The notes under the pieces are model-generated. The model was not told the origin of the DNA and searched no databases. It was given only the letters and a program-made list of their open reading frames with translations. This document shows positions 1 to 12,700 of a DNA stretch of 64,000 nucleotides, in pieces. The translations under genes were made by a program, and so were the position numbers. Position 1 is the stretch's first letter. Each line of letters opens with the position of its first letter. Source of the stretch: Dendrobates tinctorius. Lineage: Eukaryota. The DNA lies in assembly GCF_039654945.1 (NCBI RefSeq), contig NW_027361731.1:558001-622000 (forward strand), given 5' to 3'.

Positions 1-3000
1 TTCTCTATGTGGAGTGCGACTCTGCGGGTGGAGGTCGGTGCTGGAGGCTCCATTATTCTCTGTGGAGTGCGGCTCTGCGGGTGGAGGTCGGTGCCGGAGA
101 CTCCATTATTCTCTATGTGGAGTGCGGCTCTGCGGGTGGAGGTCGGTGCTGGAGGCTCCATTATTCTCTATGTGGAGTGCGGCTCTGCGGGTGGAGGTCA
201 GTGCTGGAGGCTCCATTATTCTCTATGTGGGGTGGAGGTCGGTGCTGGAGGCTCCATTATTCTCTATGTGGAGTGTGGCTCTGCGGGTGGAGGTCAGTGC
301 TGGAGGCTCCATTATTCTCTATGTGGAGTGCGGCTCTGCGAGTGAAGGTCGGTGCTAGAGGCTCCATTATTCTCTATGTGGAGTGTGGCTCTGCGGGTGG
401 AGGTCAGTGCTGGAGGCTCCATTATTCTCTATGTGGGGTGGAGGTCGGTGCTGGAGGCTCCATTATTCTCTATGTGGGGTGGAGGTCGGTGCCGGAGGCT
501 CCATCATTCTCTATTGCTGGAGGCTCCATTATTCTCTATGTGGAGTGCGGCTCTGCGGGTGGAGGTCGGTGCCGGAGACTCCATTATTCTCTATGTGGAG
601 TGCGGCTCTGCGGGTGGAGGTCGGTGCTGGAGGCTCCATTTTTCTCTATGTGGAGTGCGGCTCTGCGGGTGGAGGTCGGTGCTGGAGGCTCCATTATTCT
701 CTATGTGGAGTGCGACTCTGCGGGTGGAGGTCGGTGCTGGAGGCTCCATTATTCTCTATGTGGAGTGCGGCTCTGCGGGTGGAGGTCAGTGCTGGAGGCT
801 CCATTATTCTCTATGTGGGGTGGAGGTCGGTGCTGGAGGCTCCATTATTCTCTATGTGGAGTGTGGCTCTGCGGGTGGAGGTCAGTGCTGGAGGCTCCAT
901 TATTCTCTATGTGGAGTGCGGCTCTGCGAGTGAAGGTCGGTGCTGGAGGCTCCATTATTCTCTATGTGGAGTGTGGCTCTGCGGGTGGAGGTCGGTGCTG
1001 GAGGCTCCATTATTCTCTATGTGGAGTGCGGCTCTGCGGGTGGAGGTCGGTGCTGGAGGCTCCATTATTCTCTATGTGGAGTGCGGCTCTGCGGGTGGAG
1101 GTCGGTGCCGGAGGCTCCATTATTCTCTATTGCTGGAGGCTCCATTATTCTCTATGTGGAGTGCGGCTCTGCGGGTGGAGGTCGGTGCTGGAGGCTCCAT
1201 TATTCTCTATGTGGGGTGGAGGTCGGTGCCGGAGGCTCCATTATTCTCTATGTGGAGTGTGGCTCTGCGGGTGGAGGTCAGTGCTGGAGGCTCCATTATT
1301 CTCTATGTGGGGTGGAGGTCGGTGCTGGAGGCTCCATTATTCTCTATGTGGGGTGGAGGTCGGTGCTGGAGGCTCCATTATTCTCTATGTGGGGTGGAGG
1401 TCGGTGCTGGAGGCTCCATTATTCTCTATGTGGGGTGGAGGTCGGTGCTGGAGGCTCCATTATTCTCTATGTGGAGTGCGGCTCTGCGGGTGGAGGTCGG
1501 TGCCGGAGGCTCCATTATTCTCTATTGCTGGAGGCTCCATTATTCTCTATGTGGAGTGCGGCTCTGCGGGTGGAGGTCGGTGCTGGAGGCTCCATTATTC
1601 TCTATGTGGGGTGGAGGTCGGTGCTGGAGGCTCCATTATTCTCTATGTGGAGTGTGGCTCTGCGGGTGGAGGTCGGTGCTGGAGGCTCCATTATTCTCTA
1701 TGTGGGGTGGAGGTCGGTGCCGGAGGCTCCATTATTCTCTATTGCTGGAGGCTCCATTATTCTCTATGTGGAGTGCGGCTCTGCGGGTGGAGGTCGGTGC
1801 TGGAGGCTCCATTATTCTCTATGTGGAGTGTGGCTCTGCGGGTGGAGGTCGGTGCTGGAGGCTCCATTATTCTCTATGTGGGGTGGAGGTCGGTGCCGGA
1901 GGCTCCATTATTCTCTATGTGGAGTGCGGCTCTGCGGGTGGAGGTCGGTGCTGGAGGCTCCATTATGCTCTATGTGGGGTGGAAGTCGGTGCTGGAGGCT
2001 CCATTATTCTCTATGTGGAGTGCGACTCTGCGGGTGGAGGTCGGTGCTGGAGGCTCCATTATTCTCTATGTGGAGTGCGGCTCTGCGGGTGGAGGTCGGT
2101 GCTGGAGGCTCCATTATTCTCTATGTGGAGTGCGGCTCTGCGGGTGGAGGTCGGTGCTGGAGGCTCCATTATTCTCTATGTGGAGTGCGGCTCTTCGGGT
2201 GGAGGTAGGTGCCGGAGGCCCCATTATTCTCTATGTGGAGTGCGGCTCTGCGGGTGGAGGTCGGTGCTGGAGGCTCCATTATTCTCTATGTGGAGTGCGG
2301 CTCTGCGGGTGGAGGTAGGTGCCGGAGGCTCCATTATTCTCTATGTGGAGTGCGGCTCTGCGGGTGGAGGTCGGTGCTGGAGGCTCCATTATTCTCTATG
2401 TGGAGTGCGGCTCTGCGGGTGGAGGTCGGTGCTGGAGGCCCCATTATTCTCTATGTGGAGTGCGGCTCTGCGGGTGGAGGTCGGTGCCGGAGGCTCCATT
2501 ATTCTCTATGTGGAGTGTGGCTCTGCGGGTGGAGGTCAGTGCTGGAGGCTCCATTATTCTCTATGTGGGGTGGAGGTCGGTGCTGGAGGCTCCATTATTC
2601 TCTATGTGGGGTGGAGGTCGGTGCTGGAGGCTCCATTATTCTCTATGTGGGGTGGAGGTCGGTGCTGGAGGCTCCATTATTCTCTATGTGGGGTGGAGGT
2701 CGGTGCTGGAGGCTCCATTATTCTCTATGTGGAGTGCGGCTCTGCGGGTGGAGGTCGGTGCCGGAGGCTCCATTATTCTCTATTGCTGGAGGCTCCATTA
2801 TTCTCTATGTGGAGTGCGGCTCTGCGGGTGGAGGTCGGTGCTGGAGGCTCCATTATTCTCTATGTGGGGTGGAGGTCGGTGCTGGAGGCTCCATTATTCT
2901 CTATGTGGAGTGTGGCTCTGCGGGTGGAGGTCGGTGCTGGAGGCTCCATTATTCTCTATGTGGGGTGGAGGTCGGTGCCGGAGGCTCCATTATTCTCTAT

Positions 3001-5115
3001 TGCTGGAGGCTCCATTATTCTCTATGTGGAGTGCGGCTCTGCGGGTGGAGGTCGGTGCTGGAGGCTCCATTATTCTCTATGTGGAGTGTGGCTCTGCGGG
3101 TGGAGGTCGGTGCTGGAGGCTCCATTATTCTCTATGTGGGGTGGAGGTCGGTGCCGGAGGCTCCATTATTCTCTATGTGGAGTGCGGCTCTGCGGGTGGA
3201 GGTCGGTGCTGGAGGCTCCATTATGCTCTATGTGGGGTGGAAGTCGGTGCTGGAGGCTCCATTATTCTCTATGTGGAGTGCGACTCTGCGGGTGGAGGTC
3301 GGTGCTGGAGGCTCCATTATTCTCTATGTGGAGTGCGGCTCTGCGGGTGGAGGTCGGTGCTGGAGGCTCCATTATTCTCTATGTGGAGTGCGGCTCTGCG
3401 GGTGGAGGTCGGTGCTGGAGGCTCCATTATTCTCTATGTGGAGTGCGGCTCTTCGGGTGGAGGTAGGTGCCGGAGGCCCCATTATTCTCTATGTGGAGTG
3501 CGGCTCTGCGGGTGGAGGTCGGTGCTGGAGGCTCCATTATTCTCTATGTGGAGTGCGGCTCTGCGGGTGGAGGTAGGTGCCGGAGGCTCCATTATTCTCT
3601 ATGTGGAGTGCGGCTCTGCGGGTGGAGGTCGGTGCTGGAGGCTCCATTATTCTCTATGTGGAGTGCGGCTCTGCGGGTGGAGGTCGGTGCTGGAGGCCCC
3701 ATTATTCTCTATGTGGAGTGCGGCTCTGCGGGTGGAGGTCGGTGCTGGAGGCTCCATTATTCTCTATGTGGGGTGGAAGTCGGTGCTGGAGGCTCCATTA
3801 TTCTCTATGTGGAGTGCGACTCTGCGGGTGGAGGTCGGTGCTGGAGGCTCCATTATTCTCTATGTGGAGTGCGGCTCTGCGGGTGGAGGTCGGTGCTGGA
3901 GGCTCCATTATTCTCTATGTGGAGTGCGGCTCTGCGGGTGGAGGTCGGTGCTGGAGGCTCCATTATTCTCTATGTGGAGTGCGGCTCTTCGGGTGGAGGT
4001 AGGTGCCGGAGGCCCCATTATTCTCTATGTGGAGTGCGGCTCTGCGGGTGGAGGTCGGTGCTGGAGGCTCCATTATTCTCTATGTGGAGTGCGGCTCTGC
4101 GGGTGGAGGTAGGTGCCGGAGGCTCCATTATTCTCTATGTGGAGTGCGGCTCTGCGGGTGGAGGTCGGTGCTGGAGGCTCCATTATTCTCTATGTGGAGT
4201 GCGGCTCTGCGGGTGGAGGTCGGTGCTGGAGGCCCCATTATTCTCTATGTGGAGTGCGGCTCTGCGGGTGGAGGTCGGTGCTGGAGGCTCCATTATTCTC
4301 TATGTGGAGTGCGGCTCTGTGGGTGGAGGTCGGTGCTGGAGGCTCCATTATTCTCTATGTGGAGTGCGGCTCTGCGGGTGGAGGTAGGTGCCGGAGGCCC
4401 CATTATTCTCTATGTGGAGTGCGGCTCTGTGGGTGGAGGTCGGTGCTGGAGGCTCCATTATTCTCTATGTGGAGTGCGGCTCTGCGGGTGGAGGTAGGTG
4501 CCGGAGGCCCCATTATTCTCTATGTGGAGTGCGGCTCTGCAGGTGGAGGTCGGTCCCGGAGGCTCCATTATTCTCTATGTGGAGTGTGGCTCTGCGGGTG
4601 GAGGTCGGTGCTGGAGGCTCCATTATTCTCTATGTGGAGTGCGGCTCTGCGGGTGGAGGTAGGTGCCGGAGGCTCCATTATTCTCTATGTGGAGTGCGGC
4701 TCTGCGGGTGGAGGTCGGTGCTGGAGGCTCCATTATTCTCTATGTGGAGTGCGGCTCTGCGGGTGGAGGTCGGTGCTGGAGGCCCCATTATTCTCTATGT
4801 GGAGTGCGGCTCTGCGGGTGGAGGTCGGTGCTGGAGGCTCCATTATTCTCTATGTGGAGTGCGGCTCTGTGGGTGGAGGTCGGTGCTGGAGGCTCCATTA
4901 TTCTCTATGTGGAGTGCGGCTCTGCGGGTGGAGGTAGGTGCCGGAGGCCCCATTATTCTCTATGTGGAGTGCGGCTCTGTGGGTGGAGGTCGGTGCTGGA
5001 GGCTCCATTATTCTCTATGTGGAGTGCGGCTCTGCGGGTGGAGGTAGGTGCCGGAGGCCCCATTATTCTCTATGTGGAGTGCGGCTCTGCAGGTGGAGGT
5101 CGGTCCCGGAGGCTC
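1..5115. repeat. GC-rich minisatellite with a 55-bp unit plus 41-bp and 25-bp deletion variants and higher-order duplications; runs off the left edge
   Basis: Unit TATGTGGAGTGCGGCTCTGCGGGTGGAGGTCGGTGCTGGAGGCTCCATTATTCTC; variants TATGTGGGGTGGAGGTC... (41 bp) and TATTGCTGGAGGCTCCATTATTCTC (25 bp). Rare variant stops recur at offsets 588 (345/933), 1258 (2208/3466), 536 and 550. Confidence 0.98.
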
Positions 5116-5329
5116 CTCACCAGAACTGTAGCAGGTATAGACCCCAATATCCACAGGTGTCCCTTCTAATTGGGGAAACTATCACCTCTAATAATCCTCG
5201 GACAGTTCTGGGAAACAGGGAAAGTGCCTCTTTATGGAGGGGACAGAAAGTCTGTTTAGTGTCTTTAGCTTCATAGTATCAGCTCTAATCCAATGGTGAG
5301 AGAGCGATTTACCCTGAAGAGTCACAAAT

Positions 5330-5930
5330 TGTGGGTTTGTTATAAAATGTTATATTTAGAGGGTTTTGTGTTGTCTCCTTATAATGGTGGGCACTGTACT
5401 GAATAAGGAGAGTGCCACTGACTGTGGTGCCTTTCCTCCCCTTCCATTATGAGTAATGGAGCTTGCCCACCCACGTTGTGGTGGGGCGGGGTTTTAATGT
5501 TATGGGGCCAATGGGATCAGGAAGGGGTTAGCACAGCCCCTTCCTGTGGCTATATATCACCGGATCTGAGGCCGGCCTCCCTCTTTCCTCCTGAGATCAG
5601 ATCCTGGAAGTGCTTGTCCCACCTCCCTCCCTTTTTGTTATGCTTGTTTACTAATGTTCATTCTGTTCTGTGTATTGTAGTGTCACAGCGGTGAAAGAAG
5701 GAATGGCACTAAGTTTCGGCTTGCTGGCTGACTTGCCTGCGAATTCAGAGCAGGGCATTTGGCGGCAAGTGCGTTTTAAAAGAAGTTAAGTGCCTCTAAA
5801 TGGTTGTTTAAGAAAACATTCAATAAAGCTGTGACCGACCTTCACCCATCATTTGGTTTCTGAGTTTGATTTATTATGGTTAAGTGGAGCAGACGAAATG
5901 CTATTGGGGTTTAACCCTGGGTCACAACAG
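5330..5930 (+). mobile_element. Possible 3' terminal fragment of a tyrosine-recombinase (Ngaro/DIRS-like) retroelement
   Basis: TATATA followed by a CCCACCTCCCTCCC tract and an AATAAAGCTGTGACCG...CACCC ending, recalled as resembling frog Ngaro-type termini. No coding evidence. Confidence 0.3.
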
Positions 5931-6737
5931 TCGAATCACAATGATGGATTCAAACGACCCAACTATGAAAGGCGGGAACCAAGTATACATGTATTACTCT
6001 CATAGTACGGGGTCCCCATACTCAGTGTAATGTTCCCACAGTGCTGTGTTATTTTGGTGTTTATCATGTAATATACGGAAGCCTTCAGGAAAATGCTTAA
6101 AAAACCCCGTACATAGAGATATTATCATCAAATATGTCCAGTCTTGTTCTTACAAACAATCTTTTATAAAAGCCGCAAACTTCTGTGTGTGAATCAGACC
6201 TGAGATCTAACGTGATAGAAGATTACAGTGCGGGGAAGACGGGAAACCTTCATATAGACGGCCGGTGGGGATGGAGTCAGTGACGGACTCTGGACAAATA
6301 TGTTTCTAGAGCCGTAGTAGAAGATGAAGATGTCGTCCTCATCATGAAGTAGTTATTTCTCCTGTCCCGTGTAATGAATATCTCCTGCAGTATTGCTAAT
6401 GCCGATTCCAGTGTCGGTAAATGAGACAAGAATTAGCGTTATGGAAGATGAGTCTATGAGGAACGTATTCAGCTGCCGACTCCGAGGGAGAAACTGCTTG
6501 TTGTCTGTGGCCTAAATATATAGGTTTTATTAGTAGATGTAAAGAAGGAAACTAAATACTGTAAAATAATAAATCTCCTCATATGTTTCCCGTATTATCT
6601 CCAGTAATTGTATTATTACACAGGATTTTTATGATGTTACATCGGCTCATCTTCTTCTCATTCAGGTGTCTACAATATCGGATCCTCTCAGTGAAGATCT
6701 TCTACAAAAGAGAATTTTCCTGATTTACCCATCAAGG

Positions 6738-9700
6738 ATGGATATGGACAGAGACAAGATGGTGGAGAGGATATTACACCTCACCCTAGAGATCCTCTTC
6801 CATCTTACTGGAGAGGTGAGAGATTCTGATGACGTCACATTACATCATTCTTATGTATGGGAATAACAGATGGACAGAACTGGAGAGGTGAGGACTCTGG
6901 AAATGTCTGTAGTGAGATTTATTAATGTCTCTCTCCATAACCAGGATTACACAGTAGTGAAGAAGACCTCTAGTGAGCGCTGTCAGGACCCTGTGTCTGA
7001 GGGATGGGGAAGACCCCAGAGCGCAATCACGGGGCCTCCACCTCACCCCCTGATACATGAGGACATCAATGACCAAAAGATCCTAGAACTCACCTACAAG
7101 ATGATTGAGCTGCTGACTGGAGAGGTGACACTGCTGGGAATGCTGGGACATTATACTGTAACGCTATGAAGGGATCGGGGGATGACGGTATCATTGTATG
7201 TGTCAGGTTCCTATAAGGTGTCAGGATGTCGCAGTCTATTTCTCCATGGAGGAGTGGGAGTATTTAGAAGGACACAAAGATGTGTACAAGGACATCATGA
7301 TGGAGGTTCCCCAGCCCCTCACATCACCAGGTAATAGACAGGACTAAATACACACGGCCTATAATTATCTGTATGTAAAGAATGAATTCAGTCCCTGTAT
7401 GTGTTTCCTCCAGATCTATCCAGTAAGAGGACAACACCAGAGGGATGTCCCCATCCTCTTCTTCCACAGGACTGTAAGCAAGAAGATCCCAATGTTCCTC
7501 AGGATCACCAGGTAGATGGAGAGAAGGTGTCATGAGATCTCCCCTATGATGTGTAGACGGCTGTGAAGGTCTTGTGCTCAGTCTTGTTTTATCCACCAGT
7601 ATTATATGTTTTATACTTGTGTAATGAGAACGGTGGAGATGGCAGGATTATTGCTGATCATAGATGTGACTTCTCCATCTGTCTGTGACTTTTACAATAT
7701 TTGTTTCAGGGTGAAGATCTGACTCATAATAATACTACAGAGACATATGTGAGGGGTGATGAGCCGTGTAAAGAGGAGATTACTACTTATAAACGGTCAG
7801 GTGAGTTGTAACCACAAAATATAAAGAAGTCAGATATTTTTTTTGGCGGCTTTTTCGATGGTGTAGTCCGATGTTAGCACCATGCCGGGTTCCCGGCTTG
7901 TCAGCTCACTCACTCGTGCTGCAGTTGGTTCCTCTCTTCCTCATGCTCCCAGCAGCACTTCCACCTGGGTCTCTGGCCATGTTCTGAGGGCACACGCGCG
8001 CTCCCGCCCTCTTAAAGGGTCAACGCGTGCACTTGCTATTTCCTCCCCAGCCAATGGTTTTGAGGCATTATGTGTATATTGCTTCCTCTCCACTGGGTAG
8101 GTGCCTGAGCAACCTTCCTGTTTCAGTCTATGTTGTGTAAGGTCGCATACCAGTACAAATCCCGCTTGCTGCACTGTGAAGCTAATCCCGCTTGCTGCAC
8201 TGTGAAGCTAATCCCGCTTGCTGCACTGTGGAGCTAATCCCGCTTGCTGCACTGCGGAGCTAATCCTGCCTGCTGCACTGTGAAGCAAATCCTGCCTGCT
8301 GCACTCTGAAGCAAATCCTGTTTGCTGCACTCTGAAGCAAAACTTGCTTACTGCACTCTGGCACAAACTCTTTCAGCTGCACTCAGATACAAGCTCTGCC
8401 TGCTGCTGTATCCAGTCCGCCCTTCGGGTCCAGCTGCTGCGCGACAGATAGTCTGCCCTGGAGTGGCACCTGGCATTCATCGGGAGCCAAGTCTAATCTC
8501 ACCATGCTCTAGTGAATAGTCAGGTGATCGCTTAGTCATGTCCCTCCAGGCTCTCCGCAGTTTGTGGCACAGTGGTTCCACAAACCACAACTGTGACAGT
8601 TTTCTCAGGCCATGGATCCCGCTGGACCCCGGACCCTGCCCGTACGGACCATGTACCAGGAGCTTTGCCGACAGAAGATTGCACAGGAAGAGCTGTCCAC
8701 ACAGTTGCAGGCCTTAAACATCCCTCCAGGGTTCCAGCATCTCGAAGCAGCCGTGTCTCCTCCAGAGACTTCCCAGACAATTTGCTTAGTTCAAGATCTT
8801 GGCCACTGACTCGCAGCCCCACCATGTTTTGACGGCAATCCGAAGCTCTGCCGTGTGTTCATCAACCAGGATCGGCTACATTTTGAACTTCTTCTGCACC
8901 ACTTCCTGCTGGATCGAGCCAAGGTGGTGTTTCCAATGTTGCACCTTGGAGGTGAGGCTCTGGCATGGTTGAACACATTGTGGAAGAGCGAGGATCTGAT
9001 CATCTCCAATTTGCCTGCATTCTTGGAAGCTTTTTGCAAAGTGTTCGATGAACCCGGGTGAACCGCCTCTGCAGCTTCTGCTTTGCTCCGTTTACAACAG
9101 ACCAATTCTTCTGTGGGGGCAATATGCGGTACGCTTTCGCACTCTGGCGTCCTCGTATGGAACAATGAAGCTTTGCTGGCGACATTCTGGGAGGTTTCCG
9201 GAGATATTAAGGATGAGCTAGCCGGTCGAGACCTACCAACCACCCTCAACGACCTGATCACTCTTGCTATCTGTATAGGCCTCCACTTCCATGAGCGTGC
9301 TAGTGAGGTGGCATGAGAAAGAAAACCGCAGCACCTGGCTCCGGTTCTTTTTTCAAGGACCGGAGAAGCTCCGGCATCTTCGGGCAGTAGGGGAAGTCTC
9401 CCTAAACGGAAAGAACGTCTCTCAACCCCTGATTCTTGCTGTGGCTGTGACAGCCAGTGAATCTCGGTTTGTTGAGTCAGCATATTTGGATTCCGGGGCA
9501 GCCAGAAATTTCATCCTTTCAGGCTGTAGTGAATCGATTCCAAATCCCAGTTCAGCCACTTCAGAACCCCATGGCAATAACATCTGTCGATGGGCGAACT
9601 CTTCTGGAGACGGTTCGTTTGGCTACTGAGCTGCGTGAGATCCGAATTGGGATGCTCCATACAGAGAAAATGGTCGTCTTTGTCATCTCCAACATGTCTC

Positions 9701-12700
9701 ACGCCTTTCTCTTGGGCCTACCATGGCTGCGTCAGCACGAACCTGTGTTGAACTCTAGAGGTGCTCCGCTGGGGACATTTCTGTCATGAGAGATGTCTGG
9801 CTCCTGTACGCCTGGCTAAGGTCCTGTGTAGTACGGCATCGATGCCCGGTTTGCCGTCTGCCTATTGGTCCTTTACCGACGTATCTGACAAGAAGGAGGC
9901 AGAGACTTTGCTGCCTCACAGGCAGTATGACTTCCCTATTGACTTGATTCCCAGGTCTACACCCCCTAGAGGCCGAGATTACCCTCTGTCCCCAGCTGAG
10001 ACTCAAGCTATGTCGGACTACATCCAGGAGAATTTGGCCAGGAGTTTCATTCAGAAATCCTCCTCTCCTACTGGGGCCCGGTTTTTCTTCATCAAGAAGA
10101 AGGATGGATCTCTACGACCCTGTATAGACTATCGAGGTCTCAACCAGATCATGGTGAAAAATAAATATCCTATCCCACTGATTAAGAGGTGCCTGGATCT
10201 TTACCAAATTAGATTTAAGAGGCGCCTACAATCTAATCCGCATTCGCCGGGGACGCTAATGGAAGACGGCTTTAAACACCAGGGACGGACATTATGAATA
10301 TCAAGTGATACCCTTTGGTCTTAGTAATGCATCAGCCGTTTCCAAGAGTTCGTCAACAATATCTTCTGGGACCTGCTTTATACCTGTGTTGTGGTGTACC
10401 TGGACGATATTCTGGTATTTTCCCTGGATCTGGCCTCTCACAGATGAACAGTTTGGCAAGTTCTTCTCTGTCTTAGGTAGAATCGTCTCTACGCCAATTA
10501 TGAGAAGTGCGTTTTCGAACAGTCCTCTCTTTCTTTCTTGGGATACATTGTCTCAGATACCGGACTCAGGATGGATCCTGAATAGGTCTCTTCCATCCTT
10601 AAGTGACCACTGCCTGTGGGAGTCAAAGCGATCCAAAAATTGGCTTTGCTAACTATTATCGGTAATTTATTCTGCACTTCTCTACTCTGACTGCTCCCAT
10701 CTCTGCCATTACCCGAAAGGGAGCGAATCCAAACTGGTCCCCTGAGGCTGAAGAGGCCTTCCACTCTCTCAAATGGTTCTTTTCCACCGCACCCATTCTG
10801 CATTGTCCGGATGTGAATAAACACTTCTTTCTTGAGGTGGATGCATCCACATTAGGGGACAATGCTTAACCAGAAGTTTTCCTCGGGTCGCCGTGTGTCC
10901 TACAGCTTCTTCTCCAAGGCCTTCTCTGCTCCAGAACGTAAATACTCCATTGGGGACCGTGAGTTGGTCGCCATTGAGATGGCTTTGGGGGAGTGGCGAT
11001 ATCTGCTGGAGGGCGCAGTTTATCCAGTAGTGATCTACACAGACCATAAGAACCTGGCATATCTCCAGTCCGCTCAGAGACTTAATCCTCGCCAAGCCAG
11101 GTGGTCTTTGTTTTTTGCCCGCTTAACTTTCTTTAGCATTTCAGATCCGGTGACAAGAATGTCAGAGTTGATGCCCTCTCTCGCTCATTTCTGTCTGGGG
11201 AGCAAGAGGAGGATCCTCAATTCATCATTGAACCCTCTAAGATGGTTTTGGTCACCCCTATCTGCCTGTCGTGAATTCCTCCAGAAAAGAATAAAGAATT
11301 ACAATTGATCTCTTGTCATTACTGGTGGCCATGCATGAGGAGGGAAATCTATGCTTATGTGGCTGCCTGTCCGACTTGTGCCCGCAATAAAGTTCCTAGA
11401 CAACTTCGTACCGGTTCTCTCCTGCCGTTACCCATACCATCTGTTCCTTGGCAGCATATAGCAATGGACTTCATTACGGATTTGCCAGTTTCCAAGGGTT
11501 GCACCGTCATCTGGGTAGTTGTGGATTGCTTCTCTAAAATGGCGCATTTTACCCTGTTGTCTGCTCTCCCATCCACTCCTGAATTGGCAGACAAGCTTCA
11601 TCAAGCATATTTTCCGTCTGCATGGATTTCCTTGCCACATCGTATCCGGTCGAGGTTTGCAGTTTACTTCCAGATTCTGGTGAGCGCTCTGTAAACATCT
11701 GGATATCGTCTTGGATTTCTCCTCGGCCCATCACCTTCAGTCCAATGGACAAGTGGAGCGTGTCAACCAGGTCCTGGGAAACTACCTGCGACACTTCGTC
11801 AATGCCCATCATAATGATTGGGTGAAATTACTTCCCTGGAATGATCTCTCATATAATAATCACGTTGGTGAAGCCTCGGGAGAGTTGCCATTCTACACTG
11901 TTCGGTCGGCAACCTGAGGTTCCCCTTCCAGTGACGGTTCCTTCTGATATGTCGCTGCGGCAGATGTCCTTTCCAATGATTTTGTGAAGTTGTGGGAGGA
12001 CACCAGAGTCACGTTCGGAGCATCCTCGGTTCGTGTTAAGAGACATGCGGACAGTAGCCGCCTGGATCCTCCATGCTTCTGTCCTGGAGACAAGGTATGG
12101 CTTTTGTCCAGGTACATCCGGCTGAAGGTCCCCTCTTATCGGGCCTTTCGAGGTGCTGAAGTGAGTCGACGAGGTCCCCTGTAAATTGAAGCTACTTCCT
12201 TCTCTGTGGATTCCAAATTGCTTTCATGTATCCCTACTGAAGCCAGTCATCCTGAGTCCCTTCTTCAAGGATCCCAATACCGCGCCCATGCCAACAGCCT
12301 TGGATAATGTTTTTGAAGTGGAGAGCATCTTGGCCTTCAAGAGGGTGAGAGGCAAGACCTTCTGCCTCGTTGACTGGAAGGGATTTGGTCATGAAGAGAG
12401 GTCCTGGTAGCCCAAGGAGAATATTCACGCTCTGAATCTTCTCCGGAACTTCCTCGGTGGCCTGAAGAGGTTGGGGCGTAAAGGGGGGGATACTGTTTGC
12501 GCCACGCTCGGTTCCCGTCGTGTCTCCTCACTCACATGCACTGCAGTTGGTTCCTCTCTTCCTCATTCTCTGCTTGCTCCCAGCAGCACTTCCAGCTGGG
12601 TTTCTGGCCATGTTCTAAGGGCACGTGCTTGTTCCATCCCTCTTAAAGGGCCAGCACGTGCACTTGCTATTTCTCTTGTCACCTTCCACGACAGCCACAT

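Noticed and set aside
1-5115. CRISPR-like repeat/spacer appearance
   Set aside because: The intervening sequences are not unique spacers, there are no cas genes, and the context is eukaryotic.
7-5276. Long ORFs (up to 1027 aa) in all three + frames
   Set aside because: Produced by the stop-poor satellite unit; the same peptides cycle through the frames; no domain.
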